DNA of 63,966 nt, filler included, from Atractiella rhizophila (Eukaryota): NCBI GenBank assembly GCA_021432655.1. It is 4 parts of 4 records of this genome, joined end to end, with 100 filler letters (N's around TTAATTAATTAA, not from the genome) between each part and the next. Parts side by side here need not be neighbours in the genome. Positions count along the whole stretch, not along the records: positions 1 to 22,250 come from MU271762.1; positions 22,351 to 48,194 come from MU271764.1; 2 more parts are not named here. One strand, 5' to 3'. The position numbers and the translations under genes were made by a program. Positions 12,196 through 27,702 of this stretch are shown one piece after another (position 1 is the stretch's first letter; every line of letters starts with the position of its first letter). Under the pieces are notes generated by a model. That model made no database searches. It was given only the letters and a program-made list of their open reading frames with translations, and was not told the origin of the DNA.

Positions 12196-14408
12196 ATGAT
12201 ACAAGAAGAGGATCTGGACCTTCTCTCCTTCCCCAACTCCTCTTCCACCAAGCTTGACTCCACCAACCCCAACGCGAACACGATTGGTACTGAAACGACG
12301 AACGGACATAACGGCTCCATCGGTTCTGGCTCACCCTCTATGCCCATACCAACCACACGCGCCTCTCCCTCCTCCGGCCTGCCGATCCCCACCAAACAAT
12401 CCTCTTCTCCCTTCGCTCACACCTCCTCCCTCCCCTCCCACCACCCCTCCGATTGGCCCTCTTCCTTCCCTTCCTCCCGTCCCCAGCCCTCTCGCTCGAA
12501 CTCCACCTCCGCCTCTAACCCGACTTGGGAAACCCCAACCTCTGTTCAAGTCTCGCCCGCCAGATCAAGACTCCCACTCCCGACTTCGAGATCTGCCTTT
12601 GACGGTTTCGGCAGCACTCCGATGCCGAGCAGACCACTGTACACGGACGAGAGGGAGGGTAGGTGGGAGAGGGACGGACGGAGGGAGAGGGAAGGAAGTT
12701 TGGGAAGTACGAGCGGGAGAAGCAACAGTATGGGCGGTCCGGGGAATGCCGTGGGTGGGATCGGGTTGAGCAATATGTCACCTTTTGCGGGTAGCAAGTT
12801 GGCGCTGTTTGGAGATTTGGGGAATGCTGCTGGAGCGAGGAGGCCAAGGGAATACTCGCTCGGTGGGCTTGGGAGCGGGAGGAGGTGGGATGTGGGTGGG
12901 TACCCAAGGGCTTTGAGGGAGGAGGCGATCGAGGATGATGAGGAAGAGGATGATGGGAGGTTGGGTGGAAGGAGCGGTGCGACGAGTAGGAGACATTCTT
13001 TGGCAGCTTTCGAGGGGAGGAGGAACGCTCCAGGTGGGTTTGGGAAGAAACCTACGATCGGAGAGGAGGTCAGCGATGCGCTCGAGGAACAGTTCAATTC
13101 TCTTCAGCTCGACCTCGATCCGGGAACTCATGCCCAGTTGGACAATTCCCCTCCCATGCAGCGTCAGCAGTCCATCGGCTCGATTGGCAGTGGGGTTGGG
13201 GTTGGAACAGGGTATTACCCTACAAGGCAATCCAGGGCGGTATCTGTCGGTGCGTCGTTTGATCTCAACACTTTGATCCAGTGGTGACGATGGTGGAACG
13301 TAGGTTCCATGAGTCCTCGAAGCTATGGACACATTGGACAACCCTTAGCTCCTCCAGGTGCGATGGGCATGGGCGGTCCCTACGCTCCTCCCAACTTCAA
13401 CGGGTCCTTCCAAGGACAAGCGCGATATGGTGGTCCCCTGCCAATGACAGCTACACCGAGCTACTTTTCTCCCAACTTCCAAGCAGCGCCACACACAATG
13501 ATGATGCCTCCAACCTCTCCACCCTCCTTCTTTCCCAATCCCGTTCCTCCCAGTCCTGGTCAATCCGTCCCTCCGCCAGTCAATGCCACGTCGACGAATA
13601 ATGAAATGGCAGACCTTGGTAAAGGCGTCCCCCTCCATTCCGTGCCCGTCAATTCATCCCTCTTCATCGTCGAATTCAAGGCTGGGCGTACCGACCTGTT
13701 CTATTCCTCTGACCCCCACATCCAGGTCAAGAATGGCGATCTGGTGATCGTGGAAGCGGACAGAGGCAAGGATTTGGGCAAGGTCAGACATGATTCGGTG
13801 ACGTTGGACGAGGTCCAAGCGTTCCAACAGAGCCAGGTAGAGATGGCATTGGGCCAATTGGCCGCGGCGCCGCAGACGGGAAGTCATGTACCAAACCCAT
13901 CGCAGATCGCGAGGATGACGAAGGAGATTCATCCGAAGAAGTTGTACGGGAAGGCGAAGGCGGAAGATATGACCTTGCTCATTTCCAAGGCTCAGGATGA
14001 AGCTAAAGCCCTCGCCGTTTGTCGGCAGAAGGTAGCCCAGAAGAATTTGCCCATGGAGGTTACCGATGCTGAATGGCAGTTTGACAGGAGGAAATTGAGT
14101 GCGTTTGCCCTCCTGTTTCTCCTTTCATACCATGTGAAATGGCTCCTGATGGCCACTACAGCTTTCTTTTTCGTCGCGGATCGAAGAATCGATTTCAGGG
14201 AATGTAAGCTGACTGCCACTATTCGAAAAGGAGTGGCCATACTCATCGTTTTCTAACAGTGGTCCGAGAACTCTTCAGGACGTTCAAAACGAGAATCTGG
14301 ATGGTAACGGATTCCCGTCTTATAACCTTCGACCTTGAACTGATGTGGTAACAGTGTCTTTTGACCAACGAAGGAATTGCCCCGAACCAGAATGCTGGCG
14401 GAATGTGA
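12196..14408 (+). CDS. PSP1: PSP1 C-terminal domain protein
   Basis: LFIVEFKAGRTDLFY...GDLVIVEADRGKDLGKV...AEWQFDRRKL..FFFVADRRIDFRELVRELFRTFKTRIWM. The N-terminus is low complexity. A 54-nt intron 13250-13303 removes the in-frame TGA. Confidence 0.88.
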
Positions 14409-15396
14409 ACGATCTGCTCTTTTCATTCCAGAAATCGAAGCTTCTATACAACCACTTAACCCGATGGCGGACGAGCAGATCTTATACCTTTGAGAAACAC
14501 AAGAATTTAAAACTCGAAAAAGTCGAAAAGAAGGTCTTTATATAACGATTTTTCCAAACTAACTGCTCGCATATCCTAGACGGTTCAGCAAAGAAGTCAA
14601 CCCAAAACTCCATTCATCATTATCTGTCTGATCTATCTGGGATCTCGCATCTTTTCTTTGCTACTTCTCTTCAATCCAACCGACCAAATAAACAATCAGA
14701 CAACTAAATCTCCTTTTCAATGCTTCTAGGTAAAGAACAGTCTATGTTTCTTCTCCATCCTTTCTGGCTCTTTTTGGGTTCGAAGTTTAACAACGAACGA
14801 AACAACGAAGTGCTTCAATCTCTGAAAGATATCCCTTTCCGGCAACCGCCCAGTGTTTCGCTTCCCTTCTCTCAAAGATTTTTAAAATATATTGCCTTTC
14901 TCAAAGTGTTTGATTGATGAGTGCCTGTTGAATGGAAATGATTCTACTTATCCCTCGGCTTCTAACATTTGCATGTACTTTTCAGGAACTCCAAACCATG
15001 CCCCCATCTGTCTACTTGAGTGACGATCTTTCCTCCTTCAAATTCCTCTTTCAATCGAGACATTTTAAAAATGCACGTCGCGATTAACTTGTACAATAGC
15101 TGTGCGAAAAGGGAAATGAGAGTCGATTCATCGATCCTATTTGGCGAGCCATCACTGTTTTTCTTCAGGGCTGCCACTTCACTTGGAAGTTCAAACAGGG
15201 AGTTCAAGACGGAGCGCATATGAATCAAGATAGACGACTTCTATGAAGCATTAACCATCATCTCCTTGTAGTCATCTTAATAAGTACACAACTTCTCCCA
15301 CTCACTCAAAGAAAACAATCTTTCAACCTGAAAAACGGGCGATGAACGCAACGAAAAGACGAAGAAGCAGGCCATTTTCAGGGAGCAGAGTGCTGC

Positions 15397-17527
15397 TTAG
15401 AACTTAAAGCTGTCCAGCTGTTCGCTTCGGCGGGCGAGACGACGGGGAGTGGACCTGTCACGACAATTAAAGCCATTAGCCACTTGCAGGGATATCATGA
15501 GATGATACAAACCTAGGTGAGTCCCTCTTGACTTTTCCACCCCTTCCTCCACGGTTCTGTTGCGCTTGTTGCTGAGCCTGTTGCTGCTGTTGCTGTTTCT
15601 GCTGGGCCTGCTGTTGTTGCTGTTGGGCCGCCTGCTGCTGTTGCTGCTGCTGCTGTTGTTGTTGCTGCTGAGCCTGTTGCTGTTGCTGCTGAGCCTGTTG
15701 TTGCTGTTGCTGAGCCTGTTGTTGCTGTTGCTGAGCCTGTTGCTGCTGCTGCTGCTGTTGAGCCTGTTGTTGCTGCTGGGCTTGTTGCTGTTGCTGCTGG
15801 GCGTTATTTCCACCGTTCTGCTGCTGTTGGCCATTCTTCCCTTGACCGTTTCTGTTCTGACCGTTTTGTCCTTGAGCAGCAGCGGCTGCTGCAGCAGATT
15901 GGGAAGCGGCGGCGGCGGCGGCGGATTGAGAGGCAGCAGCTGCAGCCTGAGCGTTGCCATTGTTCGCTTGACCATTATTAGCTTGGCCGTTGTTGCCGTT
16001 GTTGCCAGCGGCAGCTGCAGCGGCCCCCTGGCCTTGATTACCACCTTGTTGGCCACTAAGACAGCAAGTCAGATCAGTCAAGTCGAGACAGAAGGGAGGA
16101 GAGACGTACTTGGTGACAGAGAAGTAAACAACATCCTCGAACAATCCCCTCTGGGCTTTAGGTCCGTTGATCATTTGATGGTTCATGCACGAAGTGATAG
16201 ATCCGAGACGGTAAGTTCCAACGTCGAGACCACCAGCGACGGCGGCGGAGACCTCGCCGCTTCCGTCTTGCGGATCATCGATACCAAGGAAGAAGTCGAA
16301 AGTGTTGGGATCGATGGGAGTCGTGGATTGGAGCGAGTCGAGCTTTTGGATGACGACGTGAACGTGTCCGATGATGTCTCCGTTTCCGTTCTGAACGCAT
16401 GGCGCAGAGTAGTAGGTGGATGTAGCTTCTGTGAAGGCACCAGCTTGAAGCTTTTTACAGTCATGTCAGTATCACGGTTAAGGGGAAAGTGCTAGAAGAC
16501 GAACGTTGCGGATTGCCATCTTGATCGTAAAGTCCTGGTTGGGGGTAGTGATCGTTCCCAAATTAGCTGGGAAAGTGAACTTTCCATGGGGAAGATTGTT
16601 GGTCGAGGGAATAACACCCATCGGGGTCGTGTTACAGGTCGCATCGGCAACTTGAATACCGTTCGTAATCGCCTATGCGACGAACACAAATCTCAGTCAG
16701 AAAGAAGACGGTAGAGGGAAGCAGACGAACAAGATTCGGGTTATCAGTCTTGCACGAGTTGATGAAGTTGTTCTTCGATGTCGCGGAAGCAACAGAGAAC
16801 TTGAGGGCAGGGTTAGAGGTTCCAGCGTTCTCCGAACCAGCTATCAAGTAGTAAATCGCACGAATCAGCGTCTCATTCCTCGAAGGGCACGACGGGAAAC
16901 GTACTGTTGATCTGACTGGGGTCCAAGCACAGACTGGTGCTCAGATCATTCGTCGCTCCGTTATTGTTGTTCGCCTGACCGTTGTTGTTGTTCTGACCAT
17001 TGTTATTATTCTGGCCATTCTGTCCTTGAGCAGCAGCGGCAGCGGCTGCAGCAGATTGGGAGGCAGCGGCGGCGGCGGCAGACTGAGAAGCGGCAGCTGC
17101 AGCCTGAGCGTTGCCATTGTTCTGACCCTGACCAGCATTCGCTTGGCCATTATTCGCTTGACCATTTTTTCCCTGCCATCACGAAGCTTTCAGTTGAGGA
17201 AGGATGAGGGATGGAAGAAGTTGAACGTACAGCATTGTTGCCACCACCAAATCCTCCGAATCCACCCCTGTTTCCTCCTCGTCCACCTCCACCGTTGCGT
17301 TGACGAGCGACAAGGTTGGAGTCGTTCGATGTCTGGGAGGATTTGGAAGAGACCTTGCGAGCGCTCAAGGCATGATCGAAGATGGTACCATCTTCATTTG
17401 CCACCCGAATGATATCATTAGAACACGAAAGAGATGGATAGGGTGGAAAAGACGTACGACCTGACGAGCTGGAAGCCGCGGAGGAGACGGCGGCGAGGGA
17501 GAACAAAGCAAGAATGGAAGCCTTCAT
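15397..17527 (-). CDS. Secreted protein with a conserved fungal domain of unknown function flanked by Q/N/A/G-rich tracts
   Basis: Signal peptide MKASILALFSLAAVSSA. Core SATSKNNFINSC...TNGIQ..ATCNTTPMGVIPS..P.GKF..P...YYSAP...GDIIGHVHVVI...FFLGI...GGL..GTYRL...NHQ...AQRG..EDVVYF resembles a widespread fungal secreted family. Several GT-AG introns. Confidence 0.8.
15559..15800 (-). repeat. Coding CAG/CAA microsatellite, (Q5-12 A)n polyglutamine tract
   Basis: Repeated CAACAGCAACAGCAGCAGGCT-type units, about 70 Gln residues. Confidence 0.95.
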
Positions 17528-18456
17528 GTCTCGAGAGTTCAGAAGAAAAGACTGAGGGGAGCGAACGTTTCCTCGTGAGAGTAGGTGAAGTGGAAAGATT
17601 GACTAGCGGTTTAATACGACTGGCGTAATAAAAGAGAAGAGGACAGAAGGAGAGTAGTGCTTTCAAAGCTACCTCCTGGGAACAGAATAAAAACGAAAGG
17701 GCTACTTCAAGTAGAGATCGCCTATCTTGAATGTCTTTTAGGAGGGAAGGAAAGAGGAGCCCTGCCCCGAGAAGGAGACTTTTACGAGTAGGAGGTTGGC
17801 GACGAAAGGGCTCAAATGAGTTCCAAGGAATCTAGAAGACTTCAGAGGGGTTTTATTCAGTCTTTGTATTGGGGGTCGGGTGGAGCCATGATACGATGTG
17901 CATAATTTTCCATTAGATAAAACCAAGCCTGCTCTCATGGCAACCGACTTCTTCCCCATTTTTGCATTGCATCTGGAAAAGACTCACGCTCACCTAATAA
18001 AAGCATTTCCATTGCACGACGAAATCCCGCTCCCTTCTACCCTTCCATGCTAATTCTGAGAGATCTTGTTTTAGCATGCAACAGCGAGGCAGCAGTGCGT
18101 TGCTTTTTTGGTCGGCTCACGTGACGAATTTAAAACGTGAGTCATAGCGATGAGAGAGCTGCGTCTTGGTAACTGCCGGCAACCCTGGTTTCCGGATGAC
18201 CCAGGTTGTTGGGCTTATTTTTAATCCATGTTGATCATCGGCCTTGACAGGGAGGTCCTAAAAAATGATCAGAGGTTGCAAGGCGAGTTGCGCGATGTCG
18301 TAATGAAAGAAGATCGTCTCTTGCCGCCCATTGTGGCAAAACTAAGTCAGGTGACAGCAGGAAGAATTGCACAGCTCGAACTTGACGACACAAGGTTTGC
18401 GAGACCTTCCGAAAGAGGAAAGTGTTCAGGTTCGCAAAGTGCCGAACACGCCAGTC

Positions 18457-21004
<2,548 letters not shown>

Positions 21005-21286
21005 TGGCCACCTGTTGATGTGATTTAATTTTGAGCTCAAAATTTCTGTGTGATTAATGTGATCCTTCTTACAAAATCTCCTGCCCTTGTCCATCCTCAA
21101 TATCATAGCACTTGCCGATTACTGACATATTTCGTGCTATGTCCTATTTCCTGTAAGCTATAAGTCGACCCGCGTTCCTAACTTCTACGGCCTTCTACAT
21201 GTGTCTTCTTCATTGTCACGTGCGCTATTTATGCCGCCTTTTACCACACCTACCTCTCATTTGACGTCACAATGCTTGGTGATGGG

Positions 21287-21293
21287 TATAAAG
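21287..21293 (+). promoter_or_regulatory. Putative TATA box of the dehydrogenase gene
   Basis: GTATAAAG about 140 bp upstream of ATG 21432. TGACGTCA (CRE-like) at ~21262 and GTCACGTG at 21215 lie nearby. Confidence 0.45.
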
Positions 21294-21431
21294 GCAGGTA
21301 TAAGCGTATGAGCTCCCTAAAACATAAAAGCTCCCCCAATCGAATCAGCTCAAAGTATCTCTCTTTCCAGCTCCTTTATCAGGAAACAACATTGCACAAG
21401 AACAACTCAAACATCTTGCAACACGACACAA

Positions 21432-22250
21432 ATGGCTAACATACTTGCAAACCTCGCCGCAGGAACACTCGGTCAAGACCCGAAAATTCTCACACAGAGC
21501 ACTTCAAACCCTTCCAAAAATGTAGAAGAATGGGCGGATACTTCGGAAAAAATGATTGCTCTTACATGGCAAGGGAAAGGGAAGGTTACGATATGTGAGC
21601 TCTTTCAGATAAATTTATTGATTTATCCCAGAATCAGTGGTTAACTGGGAGGAACAGCGGAGACTTACAAGCCGAAGATAATTGACGACAACGACGTCAT
21701 CCTGAAAGTCACTGGCTCGACGATATGCGGTTCTGACCTCCATCTTCTTCATGGCGGTTCGTCTTCATTCTGAGTTACCTTCTTGCTGTTGCTGAAGCCA
21801 AAATGGTGCAGCCATCATGCAAATGCAAAGCGGCGATATTTTAGGCCACGAGTTTATGGGTGTCGTGGACAAAGTTGGTTTCCTCCCCAATGTTGCCACA
21901 AATTGATCAATCGTCGAGCAAACAGATTGGATCGAATGTTACGAAAGTGAAGCCGGGACAGCGCGTTGTCGCCTCTTTTCAAATTGCCTGTGGAAACTGT
22001 CGGTTCTGCAAAGAGAACCTCTCGAGCACTTGCGAAAACACGAACGGATCGAAAGTTATGAGCACCATGTATGGGCAGCGTACAGCCGGTTCGTCCATTG
22101 CACACTTTTTCTGCATTTGGTTTTTGATAACTGAACTGACTTGTGACAAGGACTGTTTGGATATTCCCATTTGACTGGCGGGTTTGGAGGCGGACAAGCT
22201 GAATTCGTTCGCGTACCTTTAGGCGATGTCAATCTGTTGCCTATTCCAGA
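21432..22250 (+). CDS. Zn-dependent medium-chain dehydrogenase (formaldehyde dehydrogenase-like), truncated by gap
   Basis: [47 protein letters not shown]...[25 protein letters not shown]. Confidence 0.92.
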
Positions 22251-22350
22251 NNNNNNNNNNNNNNNNNNNNNNNNNNNNNNNNNNNNNNNNNNNNTTAATT
22301 AATTAANNNNNNNNNNNNNNNNNNNNNNNNNNNNNNNNNNNNNNNNNNNN
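22251..22350. other. Contig-join spacer N44-TTAATTAATTAA-N44 (artificial)
   Basis: Identical 100-nt structure at three places; stops in all six frames. Confidence 0.97.
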
Positions 22351-22477
22351 CAGACTGGAACACACCACACTAACTTATGCATGTTTTGTTTATTGCGGAT
22401 TTATCTTTGCATTTCACTCCTCCGCTCTGCAGCACTATTAAAGCTTCTCTTCCTTTCTTATTCGTTTCCTTTTCCCC

Positions 22478-22686
22478 AACCACTTTCCGTTTATCTTACT
22501 CGTATCGTTTTGTACGTGGCTGGGGAATTTAGGTACGCATATCTATTGTAATGAAACCACTTTCCGTTTATCTTACTCGTATCGTTTTGTACGTGGCTGG
22601 GGAATTTAGGTACGCATATCTATTGTAATGGAACCACTTTCCGTTTATCTTACTCGTATCGTTTTGTACGTGGCTGGGGAATTTAG
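22478..22686. repeat. 77-bp tandem repeat, ~2.7 copies
   Basis: AACCACTTTCCGTTTATC...GGCTGGGGAATTTAGGTACGCATATCTATTGTAATGR starts at 22478, 22555 and 22632. Confidence 0.95.
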
Positions 22687-22720
22687 CTCCCTCGATTAGC
22701 CAAATTCTCACTTACCTTGC

Positions 22721-23364
22721 ATGCCCAACCTCAAATTTCTCAAAGTCGAAACCACCGTGTATATTGACGAAGACGTCCATAGTTTAGTGGACTCCAGTCC
22801 TCAATTGGTGCACGTTCAGAAATTAAGCCTTGATCTCACTACGAAAGATTTTGATTTTGATTTTGATTTTGATACCACGGAACGTCCGCCCGCTCAATGT
22901 TTGCCAGTGCACGACCTTCTATCGTTATTTTCGAATTTACAAGCTCTCGATCTTCGTGGCTTGGGGTGGGATCAGAATATTTTCCACATTTTACCTACAT
23001 CTCTGAAGAAACTACAAATGCACCTAGACCTCAATAAAGTCGCGGTAACGCCCCAAACTATCAGACAAGTTTTCTTGCAACAGAACAAACTTTGTCATTG
23101 GAAATTTTCAAGTTTACTGTACAGGTGGATGATAATTACTTTGAGAACAGGCCCATACGAAAAGAGTGGAAGGCTTCCTTGGATGCTTTAGAGAAGGAGT
23201 GCAAGGAGTCAAGGCATTGGACTGTTTGTGACTTCACGTTGAGTAGAATTCCGAGTCGTTCCGAACAGGTGAAAAAGTTGAACCAGTATTTGGACCACGG
23301 AGGTCCAGTGAGTTCTATTCCGAATACCTTAGTAGTGAGGCGGATTCTGAGGGCCTCTTGGTGA
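22721..23364 (+). pseudogene. 5'-truncated, frameshifted leucine-rich (RNI/F-box-LRR-like) gene fragment
   Basis: LxxLxL patterns (PNLKFLKV, VQKLSLDL, SNLQALDLRG, TSLKKLQM). Coding continues in another frame from ~23090 with no obvious intron. Confidence 0.5.
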
Positions 23365-24765
23365 GGACGGCTGATGTTCTTGACCGTGGAATTTGGATGC
23401 AAGGAACTAACGTCTGTAACTACATATACATATTAGCATAGTTATATGCCACTGCTTTGCTGAAAATTTGACAAAGATGGCTGATAGCGCGACAGTTGTC
23501 AGTTCACGTGGTGAAATAAATTACAATAACAATGCCGTCCTCGTCAATATCTGGTTGCTGCTCCGGCCTCTGCTCCTTCCGCTTGCCTGTAGCCTTCCAA
23601 TGTTCTAACCAAACCCCTCACGGCGAAGTTGGGAGATTCCTTACGCTGTCGCACCTACCGCAACCTACAGCCTATTGGCAACTCTTTGTCTATTGGTCAA
23701 ACGACTAAACGCTGGAGGCATACAAGTTGCAATACCATTATCCAAGGAAGGGCTTCATACACACAAAGAAGTTTGCTCAGGACTGCACATGCACCTCCTG
23801 CTCGATTGTATCCTGCTTATCCGCGCGCGGATACCTTGCATCGAATTCGCGAATTTAGGGACTTGGCTAGCGAAATCGCCTCCTCATCGTCTGCTGGTGC
23901 TGCGAGGTTCACTTCCGGTTTGTGACTGAATTGATCAAGGAGTTGAGCGCTTCCTGCTCATTTCAGGCAGCCGCAGGGGACTGGAGATCTGCAAGGAGTT
24001 AACAAGCCCATACCTGGATATCCTGACATCGATGAGAATCCGCTTCATTCACCAGCTCTTCCTTCCTCATCTCAGCGCCGATAGTCCAATAAGTGTCATA
24101 TGCATCAATTCCCCAAGGCCATCCCAGAGTTCATCAGATTGGCCCGTCCGTGTTTATAAACGCGTTCTTTCGGCGTCGGACTTCCTGCAAAGTGTGTCAT
24201 GCTGACAATCTTCCACATCGGTCTTGTGAAAAGTTTGAGGCCGAACTGGATTGTTGGCCGCACTCTCCAGCTACACCAGCCGGCGTCTCCGAATATCCCT
24301 TCTCAGGTCCTGAGCAGGTTTCACAACTGCTGCATCATGATGACCCGCGGCATGTGTTTAGAGAACAGGACAACTTAGAGTGCTGTCGTGGAGAACTTGA
24401 CGTTGGTCCTTGGTCAAAGCATTTGCAAGTTGCAACCACCCTTTGTGAAGCTGGTGAAGCTGGAGAGCTAGAAGGTAGGCAATAGGTGAGGAAGCAACAG
24501 TGTAAGCCTTACGGCATATCGCTGTCATTGCCCGTTGACGCGTGTCTCTGCCGAGCTGAAACGGTTCGGGCGGTCCTTTCACACATCGGGAGGAAGCGGC
24601 CGGGGATCCTGGGTTGTTGTTCGAACGTTGTTCCGTTCCCTCCGGAGCGAGAACGATGTTTCCCAATAAAACCAACGCCATGTCGCTTCCTTTTTTCTTC
24701 GTTCTTCTTTATTATTCTTATCGTTCCCTTCCCAGCTCACCAACCAACTACTGTAGTCTATAGAC

Positions 24766-27341
24766 ATGTCGGCAGACCTCAAACGCAAGAACTCGCAGAA
24801 TTCACATGAGACTCTCGCGTCTCCAACAGATGGTGCATTGAAGGAGAAGACACTTGAGAGGGAGGAAACTATCGTTGGGTCCGACCCTGATGCTCTCGAC
24901 AGCAAGGAGAAGCAGATTTCGGAGAAGAAGAAGGGAGAGTTGGAAGCTTTCGCGAGGATTAAGGATGAGGACTTCAAAGTCAACGGGAAGGTCCGTCTCT
25001 TCTTCCAATTGAACAGTGGACTCGTTCTGACGAAGTGTCCTATCTGTGTGCAGTTTCTGATCACCTTCATGGGACTCGCTGCTTTTACTTTCCTTACTGG
25101 TCTTGATCAAACCATCATTGTGAGTTGCTCTCATCCAATTTCGACGTTCGCTGAATAACTGTAATTCTCCTAGGCACCTGCCATTCCTGTTATCTCAAAC
25201 GACTTCAAGACCATTTCTGATGTCGGATGGTGGATCTCAGCTTATTTCAGTGAGCTGGCCCTTCCCGAATTGGAGGTATCTGTGCTAACGGAGATTCGCC
25301 TAGTGACCTCAACATCCCTGCAACCGCTCTACGGTCGTCTCTACTCTTTCTTCTCCCTCAAATATGTCTTCCTGAGGTACTTGCCTGCCTTTTGAAAGTG
25401 GATGTTTCTCTAACATGATTCCCCAGTGCAATCACCATCTTCGAAGTCGGATCCCTCATCTGCGCGCTCTCAAACGACTCAAAGACCTTCATTGTCGGAC
25501 GAGCCATCGGTGCGTGTTTCTGTCTTTTCTGCCCGCGAGGGTTAACGATGACGGAACCGTTTTGCAGCCGGTGTTGGTGTCGCAGGTGGATACATTGGAG
25601 GCTTGACGATTCTTGCCGCCTCCCTTCCCGTCTCCCAACAAGCTCTGTACACTTCTTTAATCGGAGCTGCCTTCGGAGCTGGTGGCATTGCTGGACCGCT
25701 GCTCGGTGGTGTTTTCACCTCCTCCGTCACCTGGAGATGGTGTTTCTGGATCAAGTGAGTTTGCGAACCAAGACTCCACGCGTTTCCTGACTGTAAAATC
25801 GTAGCTTGCCTATTGGAATCCCGACCATCTTCGCCATTGCCTTCCTCTTCAGCCCCCCTGAGCGTACCAACACTCTCACGCTCAAGGAGAAGTTGTTCAG
25901 GATCGATTGGGTCGGAACTGGCCTCGTCCTCGCTTCCATCACTTGCATTCTGCTCGCGCTGCAGTGGGGTGGTCTTGAATATCCCTGGTCCAACTCTAAG
26001 ATCATTGGTCTCCTGATTGGTACGCTACTTCTTTCTCCGCCTACTTTGTTTCAGAACCATCATGGCTTATTTTCAAAAATAGGTTTTGGACTCATTGCCA
26101 TCACTTTCGTCGTATACCAATGGTTCATTGGAGACAATGCCACTATTCCTCTCCGTCTCTTGATGACTGTACGCTCTCTCATCTACTCCGTTGTCACCCT
26201 GCTGAATCTCCGGCCAGAGGACTGTCGGTTTCAGCTCGTTGGCTAATTTCTGCATTGGTGCTACTTACTTCACCCTTGCTTACTTTGTAAAGTCCTCTAA
26301 CCCTCGAATTGTCAAGGTGTTCACGCTCCTGCTCCAGGTCCCCATCTACTTCCAAACCATCAAGGGTAGCTCGTACGTTCTTTTCCATTCGTCACGATTT
26401 GGGATTGAGAAGTCGCTTGCAGTGCCATTCACAGCGGAATTCAATCGTGAGTTTCCATTCTGCACATTTCCTTGTCCTGTGCTCATCGATTGTGCTATAG
26501 ATTGCCTTTGATCCTTGGAGCTATTGTTGCCGTCATGTTCTCTGGTGGACTCATTCCCGCAATCGGTTGGTCTTGCTTATACTCTTTCCTCCAGAAGTAT
26601 TCTGAGAACTGGTTAAGGCTACTCAAACCCCTTCCTCATCTTGGGCAGCGTGCTTGCCGTTGTCGGAGCTGGGTTGATCTACACGTGGGAAGTCACAACA
26701 GGTGAGAGAGCCCTCGATGTTTCGAACGAAACTGAAGAAGTCGTGCAGCTTCGGATCACTGGATTGGATACCAAGTGCTTGCTGGTCTCGGAGTGGGAAT
26801 GGCATTTATGGCCCCCGTCAACATTGTTCAGGCAGCCTACACAGGTGAGTTACTATATGTAAACTTGGCATGCAGCATGCTGAGGCATCCACAGGTACAA
26901 CCGAAGTAGAGGTCGTCACAGCCATCACCATCTTCTTCCAAACCCTTGGAGGATGTTTCTTCAGCTCCATCAGTGCGTAGATTCCGCCTTGTTTTTTGGA
27001 ACCCATGCTGAACGAGAATACAGGTCAATCCATCTACCAAAACTTCCTCCTCAACAACCTGATCGCCCGCGTCCCTCCAGCTGAAGTCGGCCCAATCATC
27101 GCTAACGGACTCTCAGCTTTCCGCGAGTTCGTCTCTCCCGAGCTGCTGCCAACAGTCGTCCAAGCCGCCATGTACGTTTGCTTCTCTCATTTTCTTTGGT
27201 TGAGGTGTTAATGTTTTGCCCAGGGACGCATTGAAGAAGGCTTTCATACCTCCTGTGGCCCTTGCTGCATGCATGGCGCTCGCTGCACCTACTCTTCCTT
27301 GGAATAACGTCAAGGGTCAACAGATGACGATGGCGGCATAG
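24766..27341 (+). CDS. MFS drug:H+ antiporter, DHA2 (14-TM) efflux pump
   Basis: LDQTII|APAIPVISNDF..DVGWW.SAY, LQPLYGR, FEVGSLICA, GPLLGGVFT..VTWRWCFWINLPIG, IDWVG, LQWGG..YPWSN. More than 15 short introns; TAG at 27339-27341. Confidence 0.93.
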
Positions 27342-27702
27342 AGGATATTTACAATGATTATGAGACAAAAGATCGCATACCCACTGTCATAGACGATGTA
27401 ACATTAGTTGATCATTCGGTTGTAATGCACAAGGGAACTAATTCCTGCTAATACTCACTCCTTTTGTTGCTCGAGTGTTTCTTGAAATGTGTGGCATCAA
27501 AAGAGCAGCAACCTGAAAGGTAAACAATATTTTTCTCACGGACAATTGTGTAGCGAATCAGAATTCCCAGAAATCTCTTCCTATACATCACCTTGCTCAA
27601 GACTTCATGGGGAAGAAGAACATGTATAAGTGGACCCATGGCGGCGTCACGTTTAGTCGGAAGACTTCATTTCAATATTTTTTCTCTGCAGCAACTTTCC
27701 GA

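Noticed and set aside
13285..13287. In-frame TGA between two long ORFs of the PSP1 gene, suggesting readthrough or selenocysteine
   Set aside because: It lies inside a canonical 54-nt intron (13250-13303, GTGCGT...GGTGAC...TAG).
15560..16495. 311-aa poly-Leu ORF on the + strand
   Set aside because: Antisense shadow of the CAG/CAA tract of the secreted protein.
22295..22306. Palindromic TTAATTAATTAA repeated at three loci
   Set aside because: Always centred in a 100-nt N spacer; an artificial six-frame-stop linker.
21432..27341. Secondary-metabolite or detoxification cluster (dehydrogenase + MFS pump)
   Set aside because: No backbone enzyme is visible and a contig join separates the genes, so linkage is unproven.
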